Translations under genes and position numbers: made by a program
The notes under the pieces: generated by a model
What the model saw: the letters and a program-made list of their open reading frames with translations, nothing else
The model's database searches: none
What the model was told of the DNA's origin: nothing
Part shown: positions 36,468 through 45,628 of the stretch, piece by piece
Layout of the letters: every line of letters begins with the position of its first letter
Numbering within the stretch: the first letter of the stretch is position 1
DNA from: Spirochaetia bacterium
Lineage (GTDB): Bacteria > Spirochaetota > Spirochaetia > B11-G9
Length of the DNA: 59,213 nucleotides
Reading direction: 5' to 3'
Assembly (NCBI GenBank): GCA_027859095.1
Contig: JAQIBN010000082.1
Coordinates: 1-59,213 of the forward strand

Positions 36468-38081
36468 ATGGCAAAATTACCTGAAAGTATTGGTAAGTAC
36501 AAGGTTGAAGCTCTAATAGCTCAGGGGGGTATGGGTGCAGTATATAAGGCAATTCATCCAACTTTAAATCGCCCTGTAATAATCAAAAAACTAACCCTTC
36601 GTGGACGAAAAGATATTACAGAACGCTTTAAGCGGGAAGCAAGAATACTGATGAATTTTAGACATGAAGGTGTAGTAAATATGTACGATCACTTTAAACT
36701 GGGGTTGTCATACTACTTAGTTCTTGAGTTTGTCGATGGAGCTGCTCTGGACAGTATTATAAAGAAGCAGCGCTACCTTGATAATGGTGTTGTTGCCTAT
36801 ATTCTCTATCATGCAGCTCAATCCCTACATTATGCCCATGAAAAGAAGGTTGTACATAGGGATATCAAACCAGCGAACCTGCTTCTTTCTAAAAAAGGGG
36901 AGATTAAACTTGTCGATTTCGGGATCGCAGTTTCTGATGAAGATTCTGAAGAAGGTCTTACCCGGGATGGAATGACCCTGGGGACACCCAGTTATATGGC
37001 TCCGGAACAGTTCAGCAATACAAAAAATGTTGACCTACGGGCAGATGTGTATTCGTTAGGTGTCCTGGTATATGAAATGCTTACAGGTAAGAAACCATTT
37101 CCAGGTGGATTTAGTCCTGAACTTGTTGTTAAGATACAGAAAGGGAAATATCCCAATCCAGGGAAATTTAATCCCCACATACATCCTGTGCTTAAGCATT
37201 TTATCAGGAAATCAATGAAACCAAAGCTTGATCGCCGATACAGGAATTTAATACCGGTCATAAAGGAACTGGAACATTTTCTAAAGGGATATGACAAAGC
37301 AGAGCTTTCCAGTATTGTTGCCGATTTGGCTGCTGGAAAGGAGCCTGCAAAGCCTGTTTATAGAAGACAAGGTCGTTTTTTCCTAAAAATAATAGTACCA
37401 GTTGTAGTTGGCATAATAATGTCTCTGATAGGGTCATTCTGTTATTTTACAGGGTATTATAATGAAATTTTTCATAGTAAAAGTTTTGGTGCAATTGTTT
37501 TTTCAGCCAAAATCCCGGGAGCCACACAACCCTGGAATAAGGTATTTATTAATGCTGAAATCTTTCAGGATGATGATAATTTAATACCGGAAGTATGGAA
37601 TAAAAAGATTATTTTTAGAAAAATACAGAGTGACGTTGAAGAAGGAATTTACATTTTTCGATCTTTTCCTGTTTTCCTTCCTAAAGGAGCATATCGTGCA
37701 AAGGTTGAAATTGAAGATGAACTTCACTGGCATTCATTTATTGTATTGCCAGAAGGTATTCAGAAATTTGATCCATTTATATCAAATGCAATGGTGGTTT
37801 CTTCGGGGCGAAAAACTGAGACTTCGTCTCCACTTTCTTTTAAGATTGAAGTCAGTGATATCCTTACAGGAAATGATATTAAGAATGAGACGGAAATTTC
37901 GATTAGCCGGAATGGAATTTGGGTAGAACTTACAGATTTTGAGAACCTGCTGACTGGAAAGGTCTACAAATTCCGCTTACAGCATGAAAACTACCAAAGT
38001 AAAATATTTTCTCTCAGAATCAAAGATGATCAGAATATACTAAGGATAAAAGCAGGGCTTGTACCTCATCCTGGAAGCTGA
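36468..38081 (+). CDS. Hanks-type Ser/Thr protein kinase with one TM helix and a beta-rich (PEGA-like) C-terminal ectodomain
   Basis: 537 aa. Contains GGMGAVYKA, VIIKKL, HRDIKPANLL, DFG and SYMAPE. The TM helix is FFLKIIVPVVVGIIMSLIGSFCYF. The approx 210-aa C-terminal domain has PEGA-like strands. Confidence 0.9.
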   Translation: MAKLPESIGKYKVEALIAQGGMGAVYKAIHPTLNRPVIIKKLTLRGRKDITERFKREARILMNFRHEGVVNMYDHFKLGLSYYLVLEFVDGAALDSIIKKQRYLDNGVVAYILYHAAQSLHYAHEKKVVHRDIKPANLLLSKKGEIKLVDFGIAVSDEDSEEGLTRDGMTLGTPSYMAPEQFSNTKNVDLRADVYSLGVLVYEMLTGKKPFPGGFSPELVVKIQKGKYPNPGKFNPHIHPVLKHFIRKSMKPKLDRRYRNLIPVIKELEHFLKGYDKAELSSIVADLAAGKEPAKPVYRRQGRFFLKIIVPVVVGIIMSLIGSFCYFTGYYNEIFHSKSFGAIVFSAKIPGATQPWNKVFINAEIFQDDDNLIPEVWNKKIIFRKIQSDVEEGIYIFRSFPVFLPKGAYRAKVEIEDELHWHSFIVLPEGIQKFDPFISNAMVVSSGRKTETSSPLSFKIEVSDILTGNDIKNETEISISRNGIWVELTDFENLLTGKVYKFRLQHENYQSKIFSLRIKDDQNILRIKAGLVPHPGS

Positions 38082-38114
38082 GAAAAATAACTAACAATAA
38101 TATAAGGAGATAAT

Positions 38115-38999
38115 ATGACAGCGTTCTTAAGGAAGATATTTATGACTCTGATAGGATTACTAGCCGGGACAGCATCCTGGGCAGTTATTGAAATCCTTTT
38201 TTATTATGGTGAATCAATAGGCTCTCACATTTTATGGAATAGTCTGGCCGGTGCAGCTATGGGATTCTTATTCGGTCTTTTCTTTGGTAGTGCCGAGGGA
38301 ATAATGTTATCAGACCTAAAACGTTCCATCCGTGGCGGTCTTACGGGTGCAGTTTTTGGATTGGTAGCGGGGGTTGTTGTTGTAATCCTGGCTCAGGGAT
38401 TATTGTATGGAATTGGAAATGCTGAACTATTTGCAGCTTCAGTCAGCGATTCACTGCTTACTCCTTTATCAAGAGCACTGGGATGGAGTCTTCTCGGTCT
38501 GGTTATTGGTTCTATTGATGGTATCAGATCTAACTCTTCCAGAAGGATGGGGATTGGTATATCTGGAGGCTTTCTTGGAGGATTGGCAGGGGGATTACTT
38601 CTGGAATTTCTTACGGTGTATTGGGCAAATGGTTTTTTTGCTAGGGGTATAGGTCTTGCTGTAATGGGGATTGGCATTGGTTTGTTTTACACTCTTTTCG
38701 AATCATACCGTTCTTTCGGTCTTCTTCGTGTCCTTACAGGAGCATTACGAGGAAAGGATTATGTTATTGTCATGAAAAAGACCAGGATCGGTTTGGCTTC
38801 TAAAATGAATATTCCTTTAAGTGGTTATTCTGCTGTATTAGCTGAGCATGCGATGTTAGTTGCCAAAAGCAATACTGTTTTTATTCAGGAATCTGAAGGT
38901 TCAGTTCTGGTAAATGATCAGCCTATAATTAAACATGAGCTGAAGTATGAGGATGTTATACAGATAGGTGAAGCAAAGCTTTTATATTTACCTAAATAA
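38115..38999 (+). CDS. Polytopic glycine-zipper membrane protein with a C-terminal FHA-like domain
   Basis: 294 aa. About 6 Gly-rich TM segments. The C-terminus TRIGLASKMNIPLSG...AEHAMLV...VLVNDQPI...YEDVIQIGEAKLLY has an FHA-like layout, but the canonical Ser is replaced. Confidence 0.6.
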   Translation: MTAFLRKIFMTLIGLLAGTASWAVIEILFYYGESIGSHILWNSLAGAAMGFLFGLFFGSAEGIMLSDLKRSIRGGLTGAVFGLVAGVVVVILAQGLLYGIGNAELFAASVSDSLLTPLSRALGWSLLGLVIGSIDGIRSNSSRRMGIGISGGFLGGLAGGLLLEFLTVYWANGFFARGIGLAVMGIGIGLFYTLFESYRSFGLLRVLTGALRGKDYVIVMKKTRIGLASKMNIPLSGYSAVLAEHAMLVAKSNTVFIQESEGSVLVNDQPIIKHELKYEDVIQIGEAKLLYLPK

Positions 39000-39019
39000 G
39001 AATAATTGGAGGATTAAGA

Positions 39020-40402
39020 ATGAAAAATAGAAAATTATTAACTCTTATTGCATTTGGGATGCTTATCTTTCCTGGCTTTATCTGGTCACAAAACATTACG
39101 ATTACACAGATTGATTCAGCTGAACTTCTGCCATTCTCCCGTATTGACTGCTACTTGAGTATAAGCAATGATCAGGGGGAAGTTGTTAACGATGCTGATC
39201 CTGCATATATCAGTATAAAACATGAAACATCAGAAGGAATGCAGGATGCTACTATTCTGGATGTTCAGAGAAATGACTCAGCTAATGGAACGATAACATT
39301 TTTGTTAATCCTGGATAATTCGGGGAGCATGTATGAAGCTGTTGGAGACGGAGCTGAAGGTCATCGGATGAATCATGCTGTTCGGGCTGTAGAAGAGTTT
39401 CTAAACAGAATGGACAATCCTGACGCAAGGGTAGGTTTGGCTGTATTTAACACCCGGTATACATTACTGTCAGAACCGGTGAAGGATTTCAGGATTATAC
39501 AAGAAGCCCTTAAAAATATTTCAGAACCTGACAACGAAGAGGCTTACACCGAACTGTTTTATTCAATCAATATGGCAGCCCTGGATATGGCTCCTTATAG
39601 GGGGAGGAAGGCGATAATTCTATTATCTGATGGAGAGAACTATCCGTACTTTTCAATGTCAGGAAAGTCACATCCCGATATTGGTGACATTCTTTATCAT
39701 CCAGAAAATGCACTTGATTCATTAAAGCGGGAAAGTGTAACTCTATATGGTATTAACTTCTCCCCAGACAAGGATCAGTCATTATCATCCATCAGTATTG
39801 GATCAGGAGGGAAAATTTATGATGCTCTAACTGATAGTCAACTGTCAAGCATCTACAATAAAATTAGAGATAGAATTGAAAGTGAATATAAAATTACGGT
39901 TAGAGCACCCCTGGGTTTTCTAGGGTCACCGGATATATTGGCTAAATATAATAACATCACTGATACCCGAACTTATCATAGCAGCTCACTCATGGGATTA
40001 CCTGGAAATAGTAATTTGTTACTGCTACTACTTATTTTGTTAGGATCCTTTATTCTCTGGTTTGTGCTGTTAATAATTCGTTTTGAAAAACCAGCAAGTA
40101 CAGCTGAGCTCTCCATGTTGCCTTATGGCAGAGGGAAACCCATTCAGAGAACCATTCCACTTACTTCAAACAGAACAGTTATAGGTGGATCTGCCCAGGC
40201 GGATTTTACTATTGCAGGGATACCTAATTTAAAGGAATCACATGCTACAATTGTTCAGAATGAAAAAGAGGGTACATATACTGTTGTTTCGGATGAAGAT
40301 ATTTTGGTAAACAACCAAATAACAAAGAAGCGTAAACTTAAACCTGGAGATGTAATTAATGTAGAGGGTGCAACAATCGTTTTTGATGCTCCGGAGGGAT
40401 AA
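39020..40402 (+). CDS. Signal peptide - vWA (MIDAS) ectodomain - TM - cytoplasmic FHA domain protein
   Basis: 460 aa. MIDAS motif LILDNSGSM and downstream ILLSDGEN. The TM helix is LLLLLLILLGSFILWFVLLII. The C-terminal FHA-like region is RTVIGGSAQADFTI...ESHATIV...ILVNNQ...LKPGDVINVEGATIVF. Confidence 0.8.
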   Translation: MKNRKLLTLIAFGMLIFPGFIWSQNITITQIDSAELLPFSRIDCYLSISNDQGEVVNDADPAYISIKHETSEGMQDATILDVQRNDSANGTITFLLILDNSGSMYEAVGDGAEGHRMNHAVRAVEEFLNRMDNPDARVGLAVFNTRYTLLSEPVKDFRIIQEALKNISEPDNEEAYTELFYSINMAALDMAPYRGRKAIILLSDGENYPYFSMSGKSHPDIGDILYHPENALDSLKRESVTLYGINFSPDKDQSLSSISIGSGGKIYDALTDSQLSSIYNKIRDRIESEYKITVRAPLGFLGSPDILAKYNNITDTRTYHSSSLMGLPGNSNLLLLLLILLGSFILWFVLLIIRFEKPASTAELSMLPYGRGKPIQRTIPLTSNRTVIGGSAQADFTIAGIPNLKESHATIVQNEKEGTYTVVSDEDILVNNQITKKRKLKPGDVINVEGATIVFDAPEG

Positions 40403-40515
40403 ACAGGCTGCAATATAAAGTGAAGAAAATTTAATAACTGTTACCTGATAACAGCAAAGTTTTCTATTGAATTAATACTGGAATATTTATAGAGTGTGCT
40501 CTTGGGAGCTTAGTT

Positions 40516-40851
40516 ATGAATATTCAGATAATTGGAACAAAAAAAAGTAATAATACAAAAAAAGCAATCCGTTTTTTTCAAGAACGAAATATTAAATTCC
40601 ATTTTATGGATCTAAATGAGAGAAAGATTTCTGAAGGTGAACTTTCAAATATATTAAATAGAATAAAGGCTGAGGATTTAATCGATACTGAAAGTGCTGT
40701 ATATAAAAAACGTGGCTTTGCCTATATGGAATATGATCCGGTGGAAGAGCTTTTAGAGGATAACAACCTGATGCGAACTCCAGTTGTTAGAAATGGGAAA
40801 GAAGTTACAGTAGGAAATGCAATTGAGGTTTGGAAACAGTGGCTGGAATAA
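40516..40851 (+). CDS. ArsC/Spx/YffB-fold family protein lacking the N-terminal redox cysteines
   Basis: 111 aa, collinear with YffB/Spx (..IRFFQERNIKFHFMDL..., LMRTPVV..G). The usual C..C position reads KKSNNTKKA. Confidence 0.65.
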   Translation: MNIQIIGTKKSNNTKKAIRFFQERNIKFHFMDLNERKISEGELSNILNRIKAEDLIDTESAVYKKRGFAYMEYDPVEELLEDNNLMRTPVVRNGKEVTVGNAIEVWKQWLE

Positions 40852-41600
40852 GATATGCTGTCTTAGGCAGTGGTTCCAGTGCTAATTCATATATATTTGA
40901 GAAAGATGGTTTTTCGTTTATAATTGACAACGGTTTTACTCTTAAAGAATTAAGTAGAAGAGCCGGTTTAGCTGGTTTTGATTTAACAAAAGTAAAGTTT
41001 ATCCTTTTAACACATACACATAGTGATCATTTTAAAGGGGTTGGAACCTTATCCAGGAAATATAAAATACCTGTAGTTGTTCATCATCTGCTTCCGGATG
41101 ATGATTTTAATAAAATGAATCCTTTCAGTCGTTTGGATGTTGTTCCAGGTAAGGAATATAACTTTGATTCATTAAGTCTTACTCCTTTTTCTACTTCTCA
41201 TGATGCTTGTTGTCCCCTTGGTTACCATTTTTCTTTAGAGGATAAAACATTTATGCTGCTTACAGATACAGGCATAGTTACAGATGAAATGCATAGATTT
41301 GCAGAAAAAACAGAAACTTTATTTCTGGAAGCAAATTATTCAGAAGATCTGTTAATGTCAGACCCTTACCCTGAGTTTCTTAAAAATAGAATCAGTTCAG
41401 ATAAAGGTCATCTTTCTAATGATGCTGCTATTGAATTTCTTAATTCAATGACGGATAGTACTCCAGAGATGGTTTACCTCTGTCATCTGTCAGATTCCAA
41501 TAATTCTCCTGCAGCCATTAATGCAGCCCTGGCATTAAAACTAAAATGGATTGGAAATATAAAAATATGCAATAAAGGTGAAATTTATGAAAGCTATTGA
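40830..41600 (+). CDS. MBL-fold metallo-hydrolase
   Basis: 256 aa. Has the LLTHTHSDH motif and a downstream Asp/His pattern. Start is uncertain (TTG 40830 or GTG 40839). Confidence 0.75.
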   Translation: METVAGIRYAVLGSGSSANSYIFEKDGFSFIIDNGFTLKELSRRAGLAGFDLTKVKFILLTHTHSDHFKGVGTLSRKYKIPVVVHHLLPDDDFNKMNPFSRLDVVPGKEYNFDSLSLTPFSTSHDACCPLGYHFSLEDKTFMLLTDTGIVTDEMHRFAEKTETLFLEANYSEDLLMSDPYPEFLKNRISSDKGHLSNDAAIEFLNSMTDSTPEMVYLCHLSDSNNSPAAINAALALKLKWIGNIKICNKGEIYESY

Positions 41601-42651
41601 TGATTTACATATAAAACAGATAACTCCACTTATTTCTCCAGAGGAGTTAAAAAAAGATTTTTCAGCAAAAAATTCTGACTATAATTATATTATAGAAAGT
41701 AGAAACACTATTACAAATATACTGGAACGTAAAGATGACAGACTCCTTGCTATAGTAGGACCATGTTCAATTCATGATACTGTCGCCGGATTGGAATATG
41801 CAGAAAAGTTAAAGGAATTATCCAGGAAAATTGATGATGAAATATTTCCTGTAATGCGGGTATATTTTGAAAAACCCAGAACCACTATAGGTTGGAGGGG
41901 TTTGATAATGGATCCTGATATGGATGATACCTACGATATTCAGAAGGGACTTCATTTTTCCAGAGAGTTTCTTTTAAAAATAGCTCAATTGGAACTTCCC
42001 ACGGGAACAGAGATGTTAGATCCAATTATTCCTCAATATATTTCTGATCTAATTTCATGGGCAGCCGTTGGTGCACGAACATCAGAGAGTCAGACTCATC
42101 GAAGCCTGGCAAGTGGGATGTCGATACCTGTAGGTTTTAAGAATGGTACAGGGGGAAATCTTAATTTAGCTGTAAATGCAATAAATACAGCCATGCATCC
42201 CTCCAGTTTTATTGGAATTGATCAACAGGGTAATACCTGTATTCTTCGAACAGAAGGAAACAGATCCTGCCACCTTATTTTAAGAGGTGGAACATCAGGA
42301 CCAAACTACTATGAAGAAGATGTTGAAGAATCTGTAGAATTGATGGTAGAGGCTAGAATTGATAATCCATCTGTTATTATTGATTGCAGTCATGCTAATT
42401 CCGGGAAGAAACATACACGCCAAAGAAGAGTATTCCGTTCTGTTCTTGATCAGGTATTACATGGACAAAAGAATATTGCAGGTATTATGATGGAGAGTAA
42501 CCTTTTTGAAGGTAATCAGAAATTTACTGAAAAATTTGATGATTTGAAGTATGGTGTCTCTATAACGGATTCCTGTATAGGTTGGAATGAAACAGAGGAA
42601 ATTCTTCTTTCTGCAGCAGAAGATTTAAGGAATTATCGGAAAAATAAATAA
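41587..42651 (+). CDS. aroG: 3-deoxy-7-phosphoheptulonate (DAHP) synthase, class I
   Basis: About 354 aa. Contains IVGPCSIHD, RVYFEKPRTTIGWRG, GARTSESQTHR and DCSHANS. The ATG at 41587 is preferred over the GTG at 41578. Confidence 0.9.
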   Translation: MKAIDDLHIKQITPLISPEELKKDFSAKNSDYNYIIESRNTITNILERKDDRLLAIVGPCSIHDTVAGLEYAEKLKELSRKIDDEIFPVMRVYFEKPRTTIGWRGLIMDPDMDDTYDIQKGLHFSREFLLKIAQLELPTGTEMLDPIIPQYISDLISWAAVGARTSESQTHRSLASGMSIPVGFKNGTGGNLNLAVNAINTAMHPSSFIGIDQQGNTCILRTEGNRSCHLILRGGTSGPNYYEEDVEESVELMVEARIDNPSVIIDCSHANSGKKHTRQRRVFRSVLDQVLHGQKNIAGIMMESNLFEGNQKFTEKFDDLKYGVSITDSCIGWNETEEILLSAAEDLRNYRKNK

Positions 42652-42702
42652 ATTACGTCTGTACACAGGGAGACAAAATATTTCCAGGGGGGTGGAAGAA
42701 AT

Positions 42703-43254
42703 ATGAAAAAAATAACTGTATTAATTGCTACTGGTTTTGAAGAAATCGAGGCTATTACTCCAATTGATATTCTAAGGCGTGGTGGCCTTGATGTAGTTAC
42801 AGCAGGTATTGGTGATACAAAGATAACTGGTTCTCATGGAATAAAAATTGAATGTGATGCAACTATTGAACAAATAAATGCAGATGATTTTGATGGAGTT
42901 GTAATTCCTGGTGGTCTGCCTGGTGCTTCAAATATTTCAGAATCATCAGAAGCTAATCAGTTTATAAAAAGTATGTATCGCGACAAAAAATTGATAGCAG
43001 CAATTTGTGCCTCTCCTTCTATGGTTCTCTCACCTTTGAAAATACTTGACGGAATGAAATCTACCGGATATCCAGGTTTTGAAAGTGAATTTAGTGATTT
43101 TGTAGAAATTAAAACAGAAAATGTTGTCGTAGACGGTAATTTTATAACCAGCAAAGGACCTGGTACTGCAGCAGATTTTTCATTTGCAATTCTGGAATAT
43201 CTGCTTGGAAAAGAAAAAATGGATTCTGTTGCACAGAGTATGCTGTTTTTCTAA
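42703..43254 (+). CDS. DJ-1/PfpI (YajL/ThiJ-like) family protein
   Basis: 183 aa. Nucleophile elbow AAICASP and the IPGG motif. Confidence 0.85.
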   Translation: MKKITVLIATGFEEIEAITPIDILRRGGLDVVTAGIGDTKITGSHGIKIECDATIEQINADDFDGVVIPGGLPGASNISESSEANQFIKSMYRDKKLIAAICASPSMVLSPLKILDGMKSTGYPGFESEFSDFVEIKTENVVVDGNFITSKGPGTAADFSFAILEYLLGKEKMDSVAQSMLFF

Positions 43255-43256
43255 TA

Positions 43257-44710
43257 AGTATAGTACAAATAGCTTTTCTTCTAACTTTTATAATTATCCT
43301 ATCCACTTATGCAGACCAATTTAAACCCCGCATTGCAGTAATGCCTTTTAATCCTATTGGAGTTTCTAAAAATGATGCACTGGTTGTTACTGGTCTCTTT
43401 GAGACGGGTCTGGTAAAGACTGATAGCTTTAATGTAATTGAACAGAAGCAGGTTAATGAAATACTGGCTGCCCAGGCTTTTACTCTAACAGGTTGTACTG
43501 ATGATGCCTGTGCTATTGAATTTGGAAAACTCCTGGCAGCAGAACAGATTATTCTTGGTGATCTTTCTACTATAGGCGGTAAATATATTCTTAATGTTAA
43601 AATAATAGATGTTGAACTGGGCAAAAATATTAAAGCAGATAGCGTCGAAACATCCAAATTATCAGAGATGACAGCTGCAGCTGAGCTTCTTGCTTTCAAA
43701 CTTGCCAGTCTTACATATTCAGAAGGGAAAAATGTACAGATTGCCAATGCTTTTCGGGATGTTTTTATAGAAACTGATCCAACTGGTGCAGATATTTATA
43801 TAAATGGAGTAAGGAAGGGTGTAAGCCCGGGGCTTTTTGAGAAGGTTCCTTTAGGTAATATTACTGTTGGGGAGCATAGCATTGCCCTCGAGGGTAATGG
43901 TTACCGATGGGAAGGTTCTGAATCTATTACTGCTAATTGGGGTTAATGGAGAATTATCAAGCTCATCTGGTTTGATCCAAAAGCTAACTCAAAATGGCGA
44001 TCTGGTACTTTCTGTTGGTGACTATACTGTAAAACTTTCCGGTGATAATTATGAAACTGAAGAAGTATCTATTGCTATACAAAAGGGTGAAAATTCTTTT
44101 TTAAATTCTGTACTGAAGCATGACCGGGAGTTTGTACTTAAAGGTTTTACAGAGTCCATCAGGTATTACTCTGAGCTTATCAGTGGTTCCGCCCCTGTTA
44201 CGACGGAGAATATTAAAGGCTTACTGGATTTACAGAAAGAACACAAACTCTTAGTGTATTTAACTTCAATCCTGAACTTGTTGGCAGATACTGGATTCAG
44301 ATTGCTATAGATGGTAGTGACTTTGATAATACTATTGTTTTTACAAAAGATGATTATAGTACAAATGATTGTATTATTCCTGCTGGAACTTTGCCCAATA
44401 GTTCTACATATTACTGGAACTATTCTTGTGGATGATAACTCTATTATAATTCCAGAATATCCAATTATAACGCCATTGCTAAACAGCAACACCTATTTTT
44501 GGCGTGTGAAGATTAAAAATGATGATAATATATGGGGTGATTGGAGTAGTATTTGGAGTTTCTCTATTGAAATTTATTTTACCGAACACATAATCACCAA
44601 CACTTTTGATAATGCCAGTGATGTTTATACTTTTGATGTTGATAAAGATGGAGATATGGATATTTTAGGAACTGCTAGAGATGCTGGCGATATAGTATGG
44701 TGGGAGAATT
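43257..44710 (+). pseudogene. Multi-frameshift pseudogene of a CsgG/LpoB-like + PEGA + FN3-like + FG-GAP surface protein
   Basis: A signal-peptide-like stretch (IAFLLTFIIILSTYADQFKPRIAVMPF) has no ATG, GTG or TTG ahead of it. Frame changes occur near 43935, 44230 and 44420. FN3-like segments are STYYWN and NTYFWRVKIKNDDNIWGDWSSIWSF. The FG-GAP repeat (DVDKDGDMDILGTARDAGDIVWWEN) is cut at about 44710. Confidence 0.65.
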
Positions 44711-44730
44711 CATTACAATTATATACAGCA

Positions 44731-45180
44731 ATGATGGAGGAGATTAAAAAGCGATTAGCAGTAGTAGTGTCTTTTATGAAAGGCTCCCAAACTACTGGAT
44801 TTTTAATAACAGATGTTGAGTTTGTTTGTCTTCACTTTCGTAAAGTTCTTGAGCATATAGCCCTATCTTCTCTGATTGCTAACAAAGAAGAGTACACAAA
44901 ACAATATAAAAATTTTAAAAGACATTGGAATGCTAGAAGAATCCTTGAGGGTATTGAAAAAATCAACTCTGAATATTATCCTCAACCTACAGTTTAGATT
45001 ATTGATCCTCATACTCAGAAAGTTAAGGAAACTGTAAAAACAGAGAATGATTATTTATTAAAGAAAGATTTTATAGATATATATGATAAATGTTGCAAAG
45101 TCCTTCATACGAGTAATCCATATGGTATTGTTGTGGAGATAAAAACAATACAGGCATACCACTCAGCATGGAGCAATTGA
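44731..45180 (+). pseudogene. Hypothetical gene remnant interrupted by an in-frame TAG (44995-44997)
   Basis: MMEEIKKRLAVVV...INSEYYPQPTV-TAG-IIDPHTQKVKETVK...LHTSNPYG reads through in one frame. No domain recognised. Confidence 0.35.
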
Positions 45181-45330
45181 AGGTAAAACACAGATAAAAG
45201 AAGTGAAATACTATAACCTGGACGCCATTATTTCTGTCGGTTACCGGGTGAAATCACAACAGGGCACACAATTCCGGAAATGGGCTACCTAGCGTCTTAA
45301 GGAAAATAATTGGGGAAGGAGGAATAAATA
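45179..45330 (+). pseudogene. RhuM-family protein fragment with an in-frame TAG
   Basis: KYYNLDAIISVGYRVKSQQGTQFRKWAT-TAG-RLKEN matches the conserved RhuM core (YNLD.II.VGYRV.S..GTQFR.WAT..LKEY). Only about 45 codons remain. Confidence 0.55.
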
Positions 45331-45381
45331 AAAAAATCCGAAAACAGGGGACAGAGGAATAAAAAATCGCTTCGAGGTTAT

Positions 45382-45627
45382 TTACAAAGCGATTGCATAT
45401 GGACGAACATTGAAGATTTCATTTGAAGTTAATGGTTCAATTACTGACTTTGGAACCGTTAATACAGCAACAAAATCTCCAAGGGAATTGAATACTTCCA
45501 AAGAATAACCTTCTTCTCCTATAGATACAGGATGGTGTTCAACAATAGTTGCAACATCACCTCTTTTTAATCCTTTTTCAGGAATATCTTTGGCTAAGGA
45601 AACTTCTTCAAATAATTTATATGTCAT
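45382..45627 (-). CDS. DUF4926 family protein (putative antitoxin-like partner)
   Basis: 81 aa. FEEVSLAKDIPEKGLKRGDVATIVEHH...GYSLEVFN matches the DUF4926 pattern. Separated by 1 nt from the upstream DUF6883-like gene. Confidence 0.7.
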   Translation of the reverse strand: MTYKLFEEVSLAKDIPEKGLKRGDVATIVEHHPVSIGEEGYSLEVFNSLGDFVAVLTVPKSVIEPLTSNEIFNVRPYAIAL

Positions 45628-45628
45628 G

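Noticed and set aside
36468-40402. Interpretation of the kinase/phosphatase/FHA genes as the T6SS threonine-phosphorylation pathway (PpkA/PppA/Fha1).
   Set aside because: No T6SS core genes (TssA-M, Hcp, VgrG, ClpV) occur anywhere in the 59 kb. The phosphatase is PPP/calcineurin-like, not PP2C. The vWA domain is on a separate FHA protein rather than on the kinase.
32452-43300. The block bounded by the two PEGA pseudogene copies as a discrete mobile genomic island.
   Set aside because: No integrase, intact transposase or tRNA attachment site is present. The block also carries core-type genes (DAHP synthase, DJ-1, MBL hydrolase). It is kept only as a rearrangement or duplication observation, not called a mobile element.
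44995-45292. TAG stop-codon recoding (pyrrolysine or reassignment) suggested by two in-frame TAGs.
   Set aside because: TAG is used as an ordinary terminator in this window by well-conserved genes: yhbY at 11028 and the DHH-CBS gene at 29289. Both interrupted ORFs sit in an obviously decayed region with truncations. No pyl genes are visible here.
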